32,996 nt of DNA, taken from contig CAXTTL010000024.1 of assembly GCA_964247135.1 (NCBI GenBank), forward strand, positions 1 to 32,996. The letters run 5' to 3'. The stretch comes from an uncultured Deinococcales bacterium. Lineage in GTDB: Bacteria > Deinococcota > Deinococci > Deinococcales > JAAFIG01. The position numbers and the translations under genes were made by a program. Shown piece after piece: positions 6,915-16,989 of this stretch (the stretch's first letter is position 1; each line of letters starts with the position of its first letter). The notes under the pieces were generated by a model. That model saw only the letters and a program-made list of their open reading frames with translations. It had not been told where the DNA came from and did not search any database.

Positions 6915-8084
6915 TTAGACTTTCAACGCCATCACGGGCACAAGCATTTCGGCATTCGACCAGCCGCCGTGCGCCCCCAGCAAAGTCGAAGCGGTTTTGC
7001 GACCAGGGTAAGTCCAGTTGAATTGGATTCCGTCGTGCGCCACAGCGATCAAATCACCAACTCTGGTTCTAAATGTCTCGAGTTCGGGCTTGCCACCGAA
7101 CAAACCCGTGTTCCAAGCTTCAAGTGTCGTCATGGTTTGCGCATATGGTTTCAAATAATCTACCAGTTCCTCTATCGCCCCGTCTTGCACCCGAAAATAC
7201 CTCGAGAGACGCTCACCCGCCGGCGCACCGCGCAACATGCTGCGCAAGATTTTGTCGCGCTCGAGGTGCACCACTTTTTTCGGGTCTAAATCGCGTTGCC
7301 CATGATCGGCGGTCAGGATAAAAAGCGTTTTGCCGTCTTTGGGAAGCATTCTTAAAACCCGAGCCACGCACAAATCCAGCGCCGCCACCTCGTCGCTGGC
7401 GTGCTGGCTGCCAGGTCCGTGCTTGTGGCAAACCGTGTCGTAATCGGGGTAGTAGGCGCAAATGTACTGCGGCGCACCTTGTTTGGGGTAACTCGAGACG
7501 AGGCTGGGAATCGTGTTTGGGCTGAAGTACCCGCCCTGAAACGCGCCCTGCCAGTACCAATCGTTCAAGAACGAACCCTTGTATGCGGCGGGTTGCACGG
7601 CAAAACACTGCACGCCCAGTCGCTCGAGTCTTGCGGTCAGGCTGAGCTGCGTTTTTAAAAAATCTGGATTCTCGAGTTGCGTGGCAGTCTCGAGGTTGGC
7701 GAGCGCAATCATGTCCGTTACGGCGTTCACTTCCTCGAGCCAGAGCGTGTAACCGAGCCAACCCGTTTTGGCGGGTGGGGCTGCCATGTGAATGCTGGTC
7801 ACGGCGCTCATGGTGGTGCTCGGAAAAACGCTGGTGATCGTGGTGGACACCGTGTCTTGCTCGAGCAAGGCTTTGAGGTTTGGGGCATCGCCATCCGCCA
7901 TGTGCCGCTCGAGTTGCCCTTGCCCCAAACCATCGGCAATAAACAGCACCACGCGCTGAACGCCTTCAAACGGCAGTTGGTGCTTTAACGGCGCATAACC
8001 CGTGTTCAAACCAAAATGCGCGGCTATGCTCGAGGAGAGGTTCAGGATGCTGCCGCCGTCGTAGTCTGGTAAAACTTTAAGCAT
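6915..8084 (-). CDS. Alkaline-phosphatase superfamily / type I phosphodiesterase-nucleotide pyrophosphatase protein
   Basis: FIADGLG, SVFPSTT (Thr nucleophile), DTVCHKHG, TADHG and GAHGG motifs. Confidence 0.9.
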   Translation of the reverse strand: MLKVLPDYDGGSILNLSSSIAAHFGLNTGYAPLKHQLPFEGVQRVVLFIADGLGQGQLERHMADGDAPNLKALLEQDTVSTTITSVFPSTTMSAVTSIHMAAPPAKTGWLGYTLWLEEVNAVTDMIALANLETATQLENPDFLKTQLSLTARLERLGVQCFAVQPAAYKGSFLNDWYWQGAFQGGYFSPNTIPSLVSSYPKQGAPQYICAYYPDYDTVCHKHGPGSQHASDEVAALDLCVARVLRMLPKDGKTLFILTADHGQRDLDPKKVVHLERDKILRSMLRGAPAGERLSRYFRVQDGAIEELVDYLKPYAQTMTTLEAWNTGLFGGKPELETFRTRVGDLIAVAHDGIQFNWTYPGRKTASTLLGAHGGWSNAEMLVPVMALKV

Positions 8085-8138
8085 GAGCGCCTTTCCGAGA
8101 ATTGCAAAAGTGTACACCCAAGCCTGGGGTTTGGCGTC

Positions 8139-8981
8139 ATGAAGCTTAAAAACATCCTCTGGAACATAACAAAACGCCTCGCCTCGGCTGGCATTGCAAG
8201 TCCAGAATCCGATGCGTCTTGGTTACTCGAGGCGGTTTTGAACGTGAGTTACGGCGATTTGTTGTTGATGTCCGAAACAAAATTAACGAACGCCCAACTC
8301 GAGCAACTTGAGGGTTTTGCCTTGCGTCGTGAGGCTCGAGAACCCGTGCAATGGATCATCGGGTACACCGAGTTTTACGGATTGAAAATACAAACTCAGA
8401 TTGGGGTTTTGATCCCACGTCCAGAGACTGAAAGGTTGGTCGAATTGGTGCTCGAGAGACTGCCAAACATGCCAGTCAAGGTCGTGGACATCGGCACTGG
8501 CACGGGCGCAATCGCTTTGGCGTTAAAAGCCGAACGCCCAAACTTTGAGCTTCTGGCAACCGACATCAACCCAACCGCGCTCGAGTTGACCCGCCAGAAT
8601 GCAAGCAATTTAAAACTCGAGCTTGAAACCATGCAAACCTCGATTTTGGACGGCATTGATCTGATGTTTGACGCGATTGTTTCCAACCCGCCGTACTTGC
8701 CAGCGAGCGACGATGGAACGCTGGATATTGAAGTTCAACTCGAGCCAAGAGAAGCTCTTTTTGGCGGCGCTGACGGCTTAAAACTGGCTCGAGAGATTGT
8801 GATTGCTGCTCGAGATAAGCTTAAACCTGGCGGTTTGTTGGCGCTCGAACTTGACCCGCGAAACGCCGCAACACTGGCAAACGAACTCGAGCTTTCAGAT
8901 TGGCAAGACGTGAGGCTAGCGGCTGATTTGGTCGGGCGTGAACGATTTGTGTTGGCACGCCGTAAGCTAGGGCATGAATGA
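8139..8981 (+). CDS. prmC: Release factor glutamine methyltransferase
   Basis: REPVQWIIG, VLIPRPETE, DIGTGTGAIA and SNPPY motifs. Confidence 0.96.
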   Translation: MKLKNILWNITKRLASAGIASPESDASWLLEAVLNVSYGDLLLMSETKLTNAQLEQLEGFALRREAREPVQWIIGYTEFYGLKIQTQIGVLIPRPETERLVELVLERLPNMPVKVVDIGTGTGAIALALKAERPNFELLATDINPTALELTRQNASNLKLELETMQTSILDGIDLMFDAIVSNPPYLPASDDGTLDIEVQLEPREALFGGADGLKLAREIVIAARDKLKPGGLLALELDPRNAATLANELELSDWQDVRLAADLVGRERFVLARRKLGHE

Positions 8982-9420
8982 CTTACTGCCCGCAATTGCC
9001 CTTGATGTTGGCGAAGCCCGCATCGGTTTCGCCGCAAGCGATAGCCAGGGGCGCTTTGCCTTCCCAAAGGGCTATCACACCCGCAGCAAACTCGAGGTTG
9101 ACGTTCAAGCGATTCAAGATTTTCTCGAGGCTGAACACGCCAAAGCCGTGATTGTGGGTTTGCCGCTGCGCACCGACGGCGCAGATTCGCCGCAAACCCT
9201 GAAAGTCCGCAGTTTTGCGAGTGCCCTCGAGGCAGCCGGCTTAAACGTGATTTTGCAGGACGAACGCTTTAGCACCCGCATCGCCACACAATCCTTATTG
9301 GCGGGCAGCAGCCGCAAAAAACGTCAGGAAAAAGGACGCACCGACGAAGCCAGCGCGGTCAGCATTCTGGAAACCTGGCTCGAGAAACACCGCATTAAAA
9401 GTCATTTACCAAACCTTTAA
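8974..9420 (+). CDS. ruvX: YqgF/RuvX family pre-16S rRNA nuclease (Holliday junction resolvase-like)
   Basis: ALDVGEARIGFA, IVGLP and QDERFST motifs. Confidence 0.94.
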   Translation: MNDLLPAIALDVGEARIGFAASDSQGRFAFPKGYHTRSKLEVDVQAIQDFLEAEHAKAVIVGLPLRTDGADSPQTLKVRSFASALEAAGLNVILQDERFSTRIATQSLLAGSSRKKRQEKGRTDEASAVSILETWLEKHRIKSHLPNL

Positions 9421-9619
9421 GTTGTGATTTTTCACCCAGTGCAATCCGAGGCGCTCACGTAGCGTTACAGGATGTTCAAACATTGGGGCATTCAACCCGT
9501 TCAAATTCAAAGAAAGCAGTAAAATAACCTATGTCAGAACCTCGAGCTTTCAACCACCAACGTCTTTGCGCTTCTTCGCAAGCCGTTTCATGTTTTCGCA
9601 CCGTCAAGAAGGAGTCCCT

Positions 9620-11515
9620 GTGAAGCGTTTTCCTCCCGTCAACATCTGGTTGATTGTGCTGGCACTGATTATGGTTGGGGTTCTGATTTCGATCAACGTG
9701 CCACGCAGCAACGTTGATCCGATCAATTTTTCGGTTTTTATTGATTCGGTCAGCAAAAATGAAGTAAGGAGCGTCCACATCAACACCGAGGGCGCGAACG
9801 TGATGCTGAGCGGCGAAATGCAGGACGGTAAAAAATTCAGCACCGCCACCACGATCACCGACAACTGGAGCAGCCCGAGTTTCTTAAAGGACAAAGGCAT
9901 CAAAAATGTTGACGTGGACAACGGGCAAGGCATGAACTGGCTCAACATTGTCTTTAACCTGCTGCCAATCATTGCCACCGTCGGTCTGATGTGGTTTTTG
10001 TTGCGCGGGATGCGCGGCGGTCAAGACGGCGCGATGAGTTTTGCCAAATCCAAAGCTCGAATTGTGCCGGAAGGCGCTCCCAAAACCACCTTTAAAGACG
10101 TGGCGGGTTGCGACGAAGCCAAAGAGGAACTGACCGAGATCGTGGATTTTTTAAAAAACCCCGCCCGTTTTCACGACATCGGCGCGAGAATCCCTCACGG
10201 TTGCCTGCTGGTCGGACCTCCTGGAAGCGGCAAAACCTTGCTGGCAAAAGCCGTGGCAGGCGAGGCTCGAGTGCCATTCTTCACGATTTCGGGCAGTGAT
10301 TTTGTTGAAATGTTCGTCGGTGTCGGCGCGGCAAGGGTTCGTGATCTCTTCGAGCAAGCCCGCAAAGCCGCGCCCTGCATTGTTTTTATTGACGAGATCG
10401 ACGCCGTCGGTCGCAAGCGCGGCAGCGGACTCGGCGGCGGCAACGACGAACGCGAGCAAACCCTCAATCAATTGCTTGTGGAAATGGACGGCTTTGAAAC
10501 CAAACACGACATCATCATTCTGGCAGCCACCAACCGCCCAGACGTGCTCGACGCCGCGCTCTTGCGCCCAGGTCGCTTTGACCGTCAAACCGTGGTTGAC
10601 GCGCCCGACGTGAAGGGACGCGAGGAAATCTTGCGCGTTCACAGCCGCAAAAAGCCGCTCGAGGAAAACGTAGACCTCAAAGTGATTGCGCGTCGTACCC
10701 CAGGCATGGTCGGGGCTGACCTCGAGAATTTGTTGAACGAAGCCGCCTTGCTTGCTGCTCGAGGTGGACGCCGCAAGGTCAGTTTGCGCGACCTGGACGA
10801 AGCCGCAGACCGTGTGACGATGGGACCCGCCAGAAAGTCTCGAGTGATTAACGACGCCGACAAGCGCATCACGGCGTACCACGAGGTCGGTCACGCGCTG
10901 GCGGCAAACCTCTTGCCGATGGCAGATCGAGTTCATAAGTTAACAATCGTCCCTCGAGGCAACGCTGCTGGTTTTATGATGCCCATGCCAGGCGAGCAAA
11001 TGCACTACTCGAAAAAACGCTTACTTGACCGCATCGCCGTGGCGCTGGCGGGTCGTGCCGCCGAAGAACTCGAGTTTGGCGATGTCACCACGGGCGCTCA
11101 AAACGACTTTCAACAGGCGACCAACATCGCCCGCAAGATGGTCGCCGAATGGGGCATGAGCGACAACCTTGGGCACGTCGCGTTGGTCGAAGAGCAACAA
11201 AATTACTTGGGTTACGGCGGCGAAGTTCGCCATTACAGCGAAGAAACCGCCCGCATGATTGACTCTGAAGTCAAAGGCATCGTCGAGGAACAATTCACCC
11301 GCGTGCGCTTGCTGCTCGAGGAACACCGCGAAGACATGGATCGGGTCGTGCGCGAATTGTTAACCCGAGAAACTTTAAGCGGTGAGGATTTCCAAACGCT
11401 GCTCGAGGGTGGCGAACTGCCCGAAGATGAAACGCCGCGCCGCGAACCACCAAAGGAAAAACCAGAACCAGGGTTTATGCCGCCAACGGTATTGCCAAAA
11501 CCAGGACGGGCATAA
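9620..11515 (+). CDS. ftsH: ATP-dependent zinc metalloprotease FtsH
   Basis: Two TM segments, [23 protein letters not shown] and HEVGH motifs; AAGGAG RBS before GTG 9620. Confidence 0.98.
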   Translation: MKRFPPVNIWLIVLALIMVGVLISINVPRSNVDPINFSVFIDSVSKNEVRSVHINTEGANVMLSGEMQDGKKFSTATTITDNWSSPSFLKDKGIKNVDVDNGQGMNWLNIVFNLLPIIATVGLMWFLLRGMRGGQDGAMSFAKSKARIVPEGAPKTTFKDVAGCDEAKEELTEIVDFLKNPARFHDIGARIPHGCLLVGPPGSGKTLLAKAVAGEARVPFFTISGSDFVEMFVGVGAARVRDLFEQARKAAPCIVFIDEIDAVGRKRGSGLGGGNDEREQTLNQLLVEMDGFETKHDIIILAATNRPDVLDAALLRPGRFDRQTVVDAPDVKGREEILRVHSRKKPLEENVDLKVIARRTPGMVGADLENLLNEAALLAARGGRRKVSLRDLDEAADRVTMGPARKSRVINDADKRITAYHEVGHALAANLLPMADRVHKLTIVPRGNAAGFMMPMPGEQMHYSKKRLLDRIAVALAGRAAEELEFGDVTTGAQNDFQQATNIARKMVAEWGMSDNLGHVALVEEQQNYLGYGGEVRHYSEETARMIDSEVKGIVEEQFTRVRLLLEEHREDMDRVVRELLTRETLSGEDFQTLLEGGELPEDETPRREPPKEKPEPGFMPPTVLPKPGRA

Positions 11516-11551
11516 AAACGTAGCCATGCGCCTTGCATAACAACAATTTTT

Positions 11552-11586
11552 GAACTGGAAGCTCGAGATGGGTTTCCAGTTTTTTG
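11552..11586 (+). terminator. Intrinsic terminator after ftsH
   Basis: AACTGGAAGCTC/GGGTTTCCAGTT stem followed by a T tract. Confidence 0.7.
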
Positions 11587-11600
11587 TTGTACATTGATTC

Positions 11601-12374
11601 ATGAAAAACCGTCTCGAGATCGCCAAAAACTGGTTGCCACGTTACACCGGAATGCCGCTCGAGGGTTTCGGCGATTACATTCTACTGACCAATTTCAGAA
11701 ATTACCTCGAGAATTTTGCCAGGCGTTTTGGTTGCGAAATTCACGGCGAGGGACGCCCGATGCAAGCCGCCACCAACAGCCACGGCTTGACCCTGATTAA
11801 TTTTGGCATCGGCAGCGCCAACGCCGCAACCATCATGGATTTGCTCTCGGCTCGAGAACCAAAAGGCGTGCTCTTCTTGGGCAAATGCGGCGGGTTGAAA
11901 GACTCCACCGAAATTGGAAATTTTATTCTGCCGATTGCCGCCATTCGCGGCGAAGGCACCAGCAACGATTACCTCCCGCCCGAAGTGCCAGCCCTGCCCA
12001 GTTTTAAACTGCACAAGTTCGTGTCAGACCGCATCGCGTCTCGAGGTTTGGATTACCGCACTGGGGTCATTTACACCACCAACCGCCGCTTGTGGGAACA
12101 CGACACCGCCTTTCTCGAGCGATTGCAAAAACTCACCTGCATTGGCATTGACATGGAAACCGCCACGATTTTTATCGTCGGACATCACAACCAGATTTCC
12201 AGGGGCGCGTTGCTGTTGGTGTCCGACGTGCCAACCACACCCGAGGGCATCAAAACCGAAGCTTCGGATTTTGTGGTCACGCAAAATTGGGCGGATGTTC
12301 ACCTCGAGATTGGGATTGAAGCCATGACCGAGATTGGAGAACGCGGGGAGAAGATCAAGCATTTCACGTATTGA
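11601..12374 (+). CDS. amn: AMP nucleosidase (short form, purine nucleoside phosphorylase family)
   Basis: NWLPRYTG, ILLTNF, NFGIGSANAAT, FLGKCGGL, IRGEGTSNDY and IDMETAT motifs. Confidence 0.93.
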   Translation: MKNRLEIAKNWLPRYTGMPLEGFGDYILLTNFRNYLENFARRFGCEIHGEGRPMQAATNSHGLTLINFGIGSANAATIMDLLSAREPKGVLFLGKCGGLKDSTEIGNFILPIAAIRGEGTSNDYLPPEVPALPSFKLHKFVSDRIASRGLDYRTGVIYTTNRRLWEHDTAFLERLQKLTCIGIDMETATIFIVGHHNQISRGALLLVSDVPTTPEGIKTEASDFVVTQNWADVHLEIGIEAMTEIGERGEKIKHFTY

Positions 12375-12405
12375 ATTTGATGCTCGAGAAATTGAGTTGC
12401 AGCAC

Positions 12406-12436
12406 AAAAAACTCGAGATGCCAAACGCATCTCGAG
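12406..12436 (-). terminator. Terminator hairpin between convergent amn and OMP genes
   Basis: CTCGAGATGC-caaac-GCATCTCGAG perfect 10-bp stem preceded by A6 (U tract on the minus strand). Confidence 0.7.
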
Positions 12437-12456
12437 CAAGAATTTATTGGGTTTGT

Positions 12457-13314
12457 TTAAGGGCGAAATTGAGCGCTGGTGACTCGAGGTGTTGGATTTT
12501 CGACAAAGCTGAGTTGTAAACCAATGGTAAAGTTGGCGTTGGTAGACGGAGTAGCAAACGAATTGCTGTATCCCGCAGAAAAACCAAGACCTAACGATGG
12601 TGTGAACGAGTAAACCAAACCAGTTCCTAAAGAATAACTACTGTTGGAAAGACCAACATTTGCGTACACTTGAAGTGGTGTAGCAACCAAGTAATTTACC
12701 CCACCGCTCAAACCATATGATAAAGAGGTGGACAAGTTACTGGACAAAGAAAGTCCACCATAAACTTGAAGGCTTTCTGTCGGATAAAAGTTTAAACCTA
12801 CGGCTCCATACAAGCCAAATCCGATACCCGCATTGGTGCCAAAACTAACCGAAAATTGACCTGCGCCAGAGACTTTTAATGTTCCAGTTGCCAAGTATTG
12901 AACGTCAACCCCAGCGTAAACGTCTGCTCCAATGCCCGAAGTTATTGGCGTGACATTCTGCGAATTGCTAACAGGGGCGACTAGAAAAACATCTGCTCCC
13001 ACTGGCAAATCAATTTTCAAATCTGCTGTTTTGTTAAGTCCGAACAAGTATTCCGCACCGATTCCAGCACTTAAGTATGAAAGGCTGTTTCCCGACGAAC
13101 TCGAAACATAGCCAAGGTTTAAAGCTGCATTTACGGTCAACAATGGCACAACTTCGAGGCTGTAACCCAAGCTGCCTCCAACTGAAAAGTACGATGGATT
13201 TCCTGGGGAAAGCGAGGTGGCTACTGAAGCGCTAAAGCCGTCAGCAGCAAGCGCGTTAGAACCAAAGGTTAGGGCTGCAAGGGCAACGAAAGATTTCAGA
13301 AGGTTTTTTGTCAT
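12457..13314 (-). CDS. Exported beta-barrel outer-membrane-type protein
   Basis: AAGGA RBS, signal peptide ending ALA|A, then alternating amphipathic G/S/Y/F-rich beta strands. Confidence 0.75.
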   Translation of the reverse strand: MTKNLLKSFVALAALTFGSNALAADGFSASVATSLSPGNPSYFSVGGSLGYSLEVVPLLTVNAALNLGYVSSSSGNSLSYLSAGIGAEYLFGLNKTADLKIDLPVGADVFLVAPVSNSQNVTPITSGIGADVYAGVDVQYLATGTLKVSGAGQFSVSFGTNAGIGFGLYGAVGLNFYPTESLQVYGGLSLSSNLSTSLSYGLSGGVNYLVATPLQVYANVGLSNSSYSLGTGLVYSFTPSLGLGFSAGYSNSFATPSTNANFTIGLQLSFVENPTPRVTSAQFRP

Positions 13315-13468
13315 GGTTTCCTTTATCGCTTGGTAAGAATGTAATGAGTATGCAATCACCAAGCGAGAGAGAATAACCCAGACTCCCCCGATAATCAAGT
13401 CAAAATTCCGCTTCTCGAGCTTCAAAATACAGTTTCAATACGAGTTTCTCGAGTTTGGCAAATCAAAA

Positions 13469-14470
13469 CTACAAATTCTCGAGCCTCACTGGTTGCCCAA
13501 TCCCCGCCGATTCGTAACACGTTAACGCGACCCGCAAGGCTTCAAACCCGTCTTTCCAGGTCACGCTGGGTTCTCGAGCCTCTTCAATGCTGGCAAAGAA
13601 TTCGGTCAGCATGGCACGGTTCGGGTCGCTGCCCCAACCGTGCCAGTTTGGGTTTCTCGAGCTTGGTTTGGTGCTGGTCACAGTCAAGTGTTGCGCAAAA
13701 GCATCCACCTCGAGCGACCCGCGTTCGCCCACGACCTCGAGTTTTAAATGACCCCAACGTGGGTACGTGATCGGGCGTGACCAACTGCAATCAATTCCGG
13801 CGAACATGCCATTCTCGAGTTTCAGGGTCACAATTCCGGCGGTGTCCACGTCCACGTCTGGGTAAAACGGATTGCTGACTTCGGCGTAGACCTCGAGGAT
13901 TTCGGTGTCAAAAATCCAGCGGTAAAGGTCGGTCAGGTGAACGGTGTGATCCATGACCGCGCCGCCACCAGCCAGTTCTCGGTCTGCAAACCAGGCGCGG
14001 TGGGCTTTGGGAATTTCGGAATGGTTGATGCCATTCATGCCGTAGACGCGTCCAAGATCGCCAGCTTGAATGCGTTCGCGCAAGATTTGAATACTCGGGT
14101 CAAAACGCATCGGGAAGGCGGTCATGAAATTCACGCCAGCGCCCGTCACGGCGTCGCGCATCGCCAGGGCATCCTCGAGCGTGACGGCAATCGGTTTTTC
14201 GCACAACACATGACAGCCCGCTCGAGCCGCCAGTTCGACGGCTTCGCGGCGCGTGGCGTTTTCGGTGCAGACGATCACGGCGTCCAGGTTTTGCTCGAGC
14301 AGCGTTTCGTGGCTGGGAAACCTGATGCTCGAGTATTGTTGTGACATTTGAAGCCCTCGGGCGTGGTCAGGGTCGGAGAATCCAACAACTTCGATGTTGG
14401 GCATGGAACGCAGCAAGCCGATGTACCCTTCGGCGTGAAGGTGCGCGAAACTCATGATGCCGACCCTCAT
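13469..14470 (-). CDS. Gfo/Idh/MocA family oxidoreductase
   Basis: HVLCEKPIA, AFPMRF and GGGAVMDHTVH motifs. Confidence 0.93.
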   Translation of the reverse strand: MRVGIMSFAHLHAEGYIGLLRSMPNIEVVGFSDPDHARGLQMSQQYSSIRFPSHETLLEQNLDAVIVCTENATRREAVELAARAGCHVLCEKPIAVTLEDALAMRDAVTGAGVNFMTAFPMRFDPSIQILRERIQAGDLGRVYGMNGINHSEIPKAHRAWFADRELAGGGAVMDHTVHLTDLYRWIFDTEILEVYAEVSNPFYPDVDVDTAGIVTLKLENGMFAGIDCSWSRPITYPRWGHLKLEVVGERGSLEVDAFAQHLTVTSTKPSSRNPNWHGWGSDPNRAMLTEFFASIEEAREPSVTWKDGFEALRVALTCYESAGIGQPVRLENL

Positions 14471-15453
14471 CAAATCCCTCCCAAATGCACAGCGCGACCT
14501 GTGACAAGGGATTCTCGAGCGGCGAGGGCGATTTCCAACGCCGCCAACGCGTCTTCGGGCGTGACACCGAACGGCGTGTTCGTTGTAATGGCGTGTTTGA
14601 AATGCTTGATTTGGGTGGTGTACGGGTCTTCGGTCAGCACCGAACTTGGAATTCCAACCGCGCCTGCATTTGTACCTTCAGACTCGAGGAAGTTTTTGAT
14701 GGTGCTCGAGTCGTCCGAATGCCATTCGATCAAACCTTGACTGCCTGCAATGTCCAGACCGGTGCGGAACGTACCTTTGGGATAAGCCCAACCCGCTTCA
14801 ATTTGCGCCATCGCGCCAGAGGCAAACCCGAGCGTCACCAGGGCGTAGTCTTGGCTCGAGTTTGGGTGTGAGGCTCGAGCGGAGGTGGCGTAAACCCGCG
14901 TGACTTTTCCGCCAAGCCACAGCGCGTAATCGAAATCGTGAACCATCAAATCCATGACCATGCCGCCAGATTTACTTTCATCTGAAAACCAAGTTGGACT
15001 TGGTGGATAACCGGCGCGTTTGAGGCGCAACACGCCCAGGTTGCCGAGTTGTCCGCTCGAGAAAATTTCCTGCGCGGCACGGTATTGTGGGAAGAACCGC
15101 ACGACTTGAGCGATGAACAACCTCACGTTCTGGCTAGAGCAAATTTCGATCATGGCTCGAGCATCCTCGAGGTTTAAAGCAATCGGTTTTTCGCAAATGA
15201 TATGCTTTCCCGCTCGAGCGGCAGCTTCGGTCATTTCGCGGTGCAAATGGGTTGGTGCACAAATGTCGAGCACATCCACCACCGCCAGCAAATCTTGCAA
15301 ACTCGAGAACGCTTGGGTGTCATGCGCTCGAGCGAAGGCTTGAGTCTGCCCGAGTTGCCCTGAGATCACACCAGAAAGCCGTACACCCGCCTGCTTCCAA
15401 GCTTTGGCGTGCATAAGCCCCATAGAACCAGTCCCGACCATTCCAACGCGCAC
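14470..15453 (-). CDS. Gfo/Idh/MocA family oxidoreductase
   Basis: VGTGSMG Rossmann motif, HIICEKPIA, SGGMVMDLMVHDFD; GGAGG RBS before GTG. Confidence 0.93.
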   Translation of the reverse strand: MRVGMVGTGSMGLMHAKAWKQAGVRLSGVISGQLGQTQAFARAHDTQAFSSLQDLLAVVDVLDICAPTHLHREMTEAAARAGKHIICEKPIALNLEDARAMIEICSSQNVRLFIAQVVRFFPQYRAAQEIFSSGQLGNLGVLRLKRAGYPPSPTWFSDESKSGGMVMDLMVHDFDYALWLGGKVTRVYATSARASHPNSSQDYALVTLGFASGAMAQIEAGWAYPKGTFRTGLDIAGSQGLIEWHSDDSSTIKNFLESEGTNAGAVGIPSSVLTEDPYTTQIKHFKHAITTNTPFGVTPEDALAALEIALAARESLVTGRAVHLGGI

Positions 15454-15565
15454 AATCCCTCCAAACGAACGTGAAGTTTTTTGATTTGCGTTTTCAGCAT
15501 ACCTCGAGATAGGCTGTTGGTCTCAACATTGCACGGGGCGCAATACGCCCACAAGGAGGCACGGG

Positions 15566-16828
15566 ATGAAGAAATCGGCAGCGGTTTTTCTACTACTCGC
15601 AGGTGGCGTGGCACTTGCGGGACTCGCGTTCGGTCAGGGCAAAACCAAGATCAGCATCGAATCTTGGCGCAACGACGACCTGAAAATCTGGCAAAACGAG
15701 ATTATTCCGGCGTTCAACAAGAAATACCCAGACATCGAAGTGACCTTTGCTCCAAGCGCTCCAGCCGAGTACAACAGTGCATTGGACGCCAAGTTGCAGG
15801 GTGGCAGCGCGGGCGATTTGATCACCTGCCGTCCGTTTGACAAGTCGCTCGAGTTGTACAACAAAGGCAACTTGGCGAGCCTGAACGACTTAAATGGCAT
15901 GGGCAACTTCTCGAGTGTCGCCAAAAGTGCTTGGCAAACCGACGATGGCAAGAATACCTTCTGTGTGCCAATGGCAAGCGTGATTCACGGCTTTATTTAC
16001 AACAAAGCGATCTTTGCTGAACTTGGCTTGAAAGAACCCAAGACCGAAGCCGAATTTTACAAACTCTTGAACACCATCAAGAAAAATGGCAAGTACGCGC
16101 CGCTGGTGATGGGCACAAAAGACCAATGGGAAAGCGCCACGGTTGGCTTTCAGAACATTGGACCCAATTACTGGCAAGGCGAAACGGGTCGTTTGGGTTT
16201 GATTGCAGGCAAAGCCAAGTACAACACTGGCGGTTTCTTGCGTACCTTCCAGGCGCTCTCAAAATGGGCACCGTACCTCGAGACCGGTTATCAGAGCGTT
16301 TCGTACCCAGATGCGCAAAACCTCTTCTCCTTGGGGCGCGGCGCAATTTACCCAAGCGGTTCGTGGGAAATCTCGGGCTTTAGGGCAAATGCCAAATTTG
16401 AATTGGGTGCGTTTAAGCCACCACTTCCAGCCGGTGCGAAAAAGTGCTACATCAGCGACCACACCGACATTGCCACGGGTTTGAACGCCAACAGCAAAAA
16501 CAAGGAATCTGCCAAGAAGTTCCTCGAGTGGATGACCACCCCAGAATTTGCCGAGATTTACGCCAACGCGCTGCCTGGATTCTTCTCGCTGTCCAAAGCC
16601 AAGATCAAGCTCAAAGACCCACTGGCACAAGAATTCGTTTCATGGCGCGATGATTGCGACAGCACGATTCGCTCAAGCTACCAGATTCTCTCACGCAATG
16701 AAAAACTCAACAACGAGAATGACCTCTGGGCTGCCAGTGCTGGTGTGCTAAACGGCACGCTCACGCCAAAAGCCGCCGCTGACATGGTGCAAAAGAATTT
16801 GGATGCCTGGTACAAACCCAAGAAGTAA
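15566..16828 (+). CDS. Carbohydrate ABC transporter substrate-binding protein (family 1)
   Basis: AAGGAGG RBS, signal peptide, FNKKYPDIEV, GFIYNKAIF and AKKFLEWM motifs. Confidence 0.93.
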   Translation: MKKSAAVFLLLAGGVALAGLAFGQGKTKISIESWRNDDLKIWQNEIIPAFNKKYPDIEVTFAPSAPAEYNSALDAKLQGGSAGDLITCRPFDKSLELYNKGNLASLNDLNGMGNFSSVAKSAWQTDDGKNTFCVPMASVIHGFIYNKAIFAELGLKEPKTEAEFYKLLNTIKKNGKYAPLVMGTKDQWESATVGFQNIGPNYWQGETGRLGLIAGKAKYNTGGFLRTFQALSKWAPYLETGYQSVSYPDAQNLFSLGRGAIYPSGSWEISGFRANAKFELGAFKPPLPAGAKKCYISDHTDIATGLNANSKNKESAKKFLEWMTTPEFAEIYANALPGFFSLSKAKIKLKDPLAQEFVSWRDDCDSTIRSSYQILSRNEKLNNENDLWAASAGVLNGTLTPKAAADMVQKNLDAWYKPKK

Positions 16829-16839
16829 TTGCTCTTTCT

Positions 16840-16884
16840 ACCCTCATCCCCAACCCTTCTCCCAACATTGGGAGAAGGGAGTTT
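16840..16884 (+). repeat. ~45-nt palindromic dispersed repeat, copy 1
   Basis: ACCCTCATCCCCAA-CCCTTCTCCCA-acat-TGGGAGAAGGG-AGTTT; related copies at 20033-20076 and 28756-28800. Confidence 0.85.
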
Positions 16885-16989
16885 AATTCGTACCTTGAGA
16901 GACGAGCATCATTGTGATTTCAGTCTTTCAAAGTTATTTTTGCCATTGGGAACACCACCAAATTGCAAACCGTTTCTCGAGGAAACAAT

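Noticed and set aside
6568-6918. ORFs 6568..6750 (-) and 6691..6918 (+)
   Set aside because: They are translations of the repeat cluster, with no RBS or recognisable domain.
6915-8084. BREX PglZ defence gene
   Set aside because: It is a stand-alone ~390-aa phosphodiesterase-family protein with no brx/pgl neighbours.
10151-10936. Long antisense ORFs (e.g. 10151..10936, 24117..24821, 25410..26168, 28876..29598)
   Set aside because: They lie wholly opposite well-supported genes and are typical shadow ORFs with no motifs.
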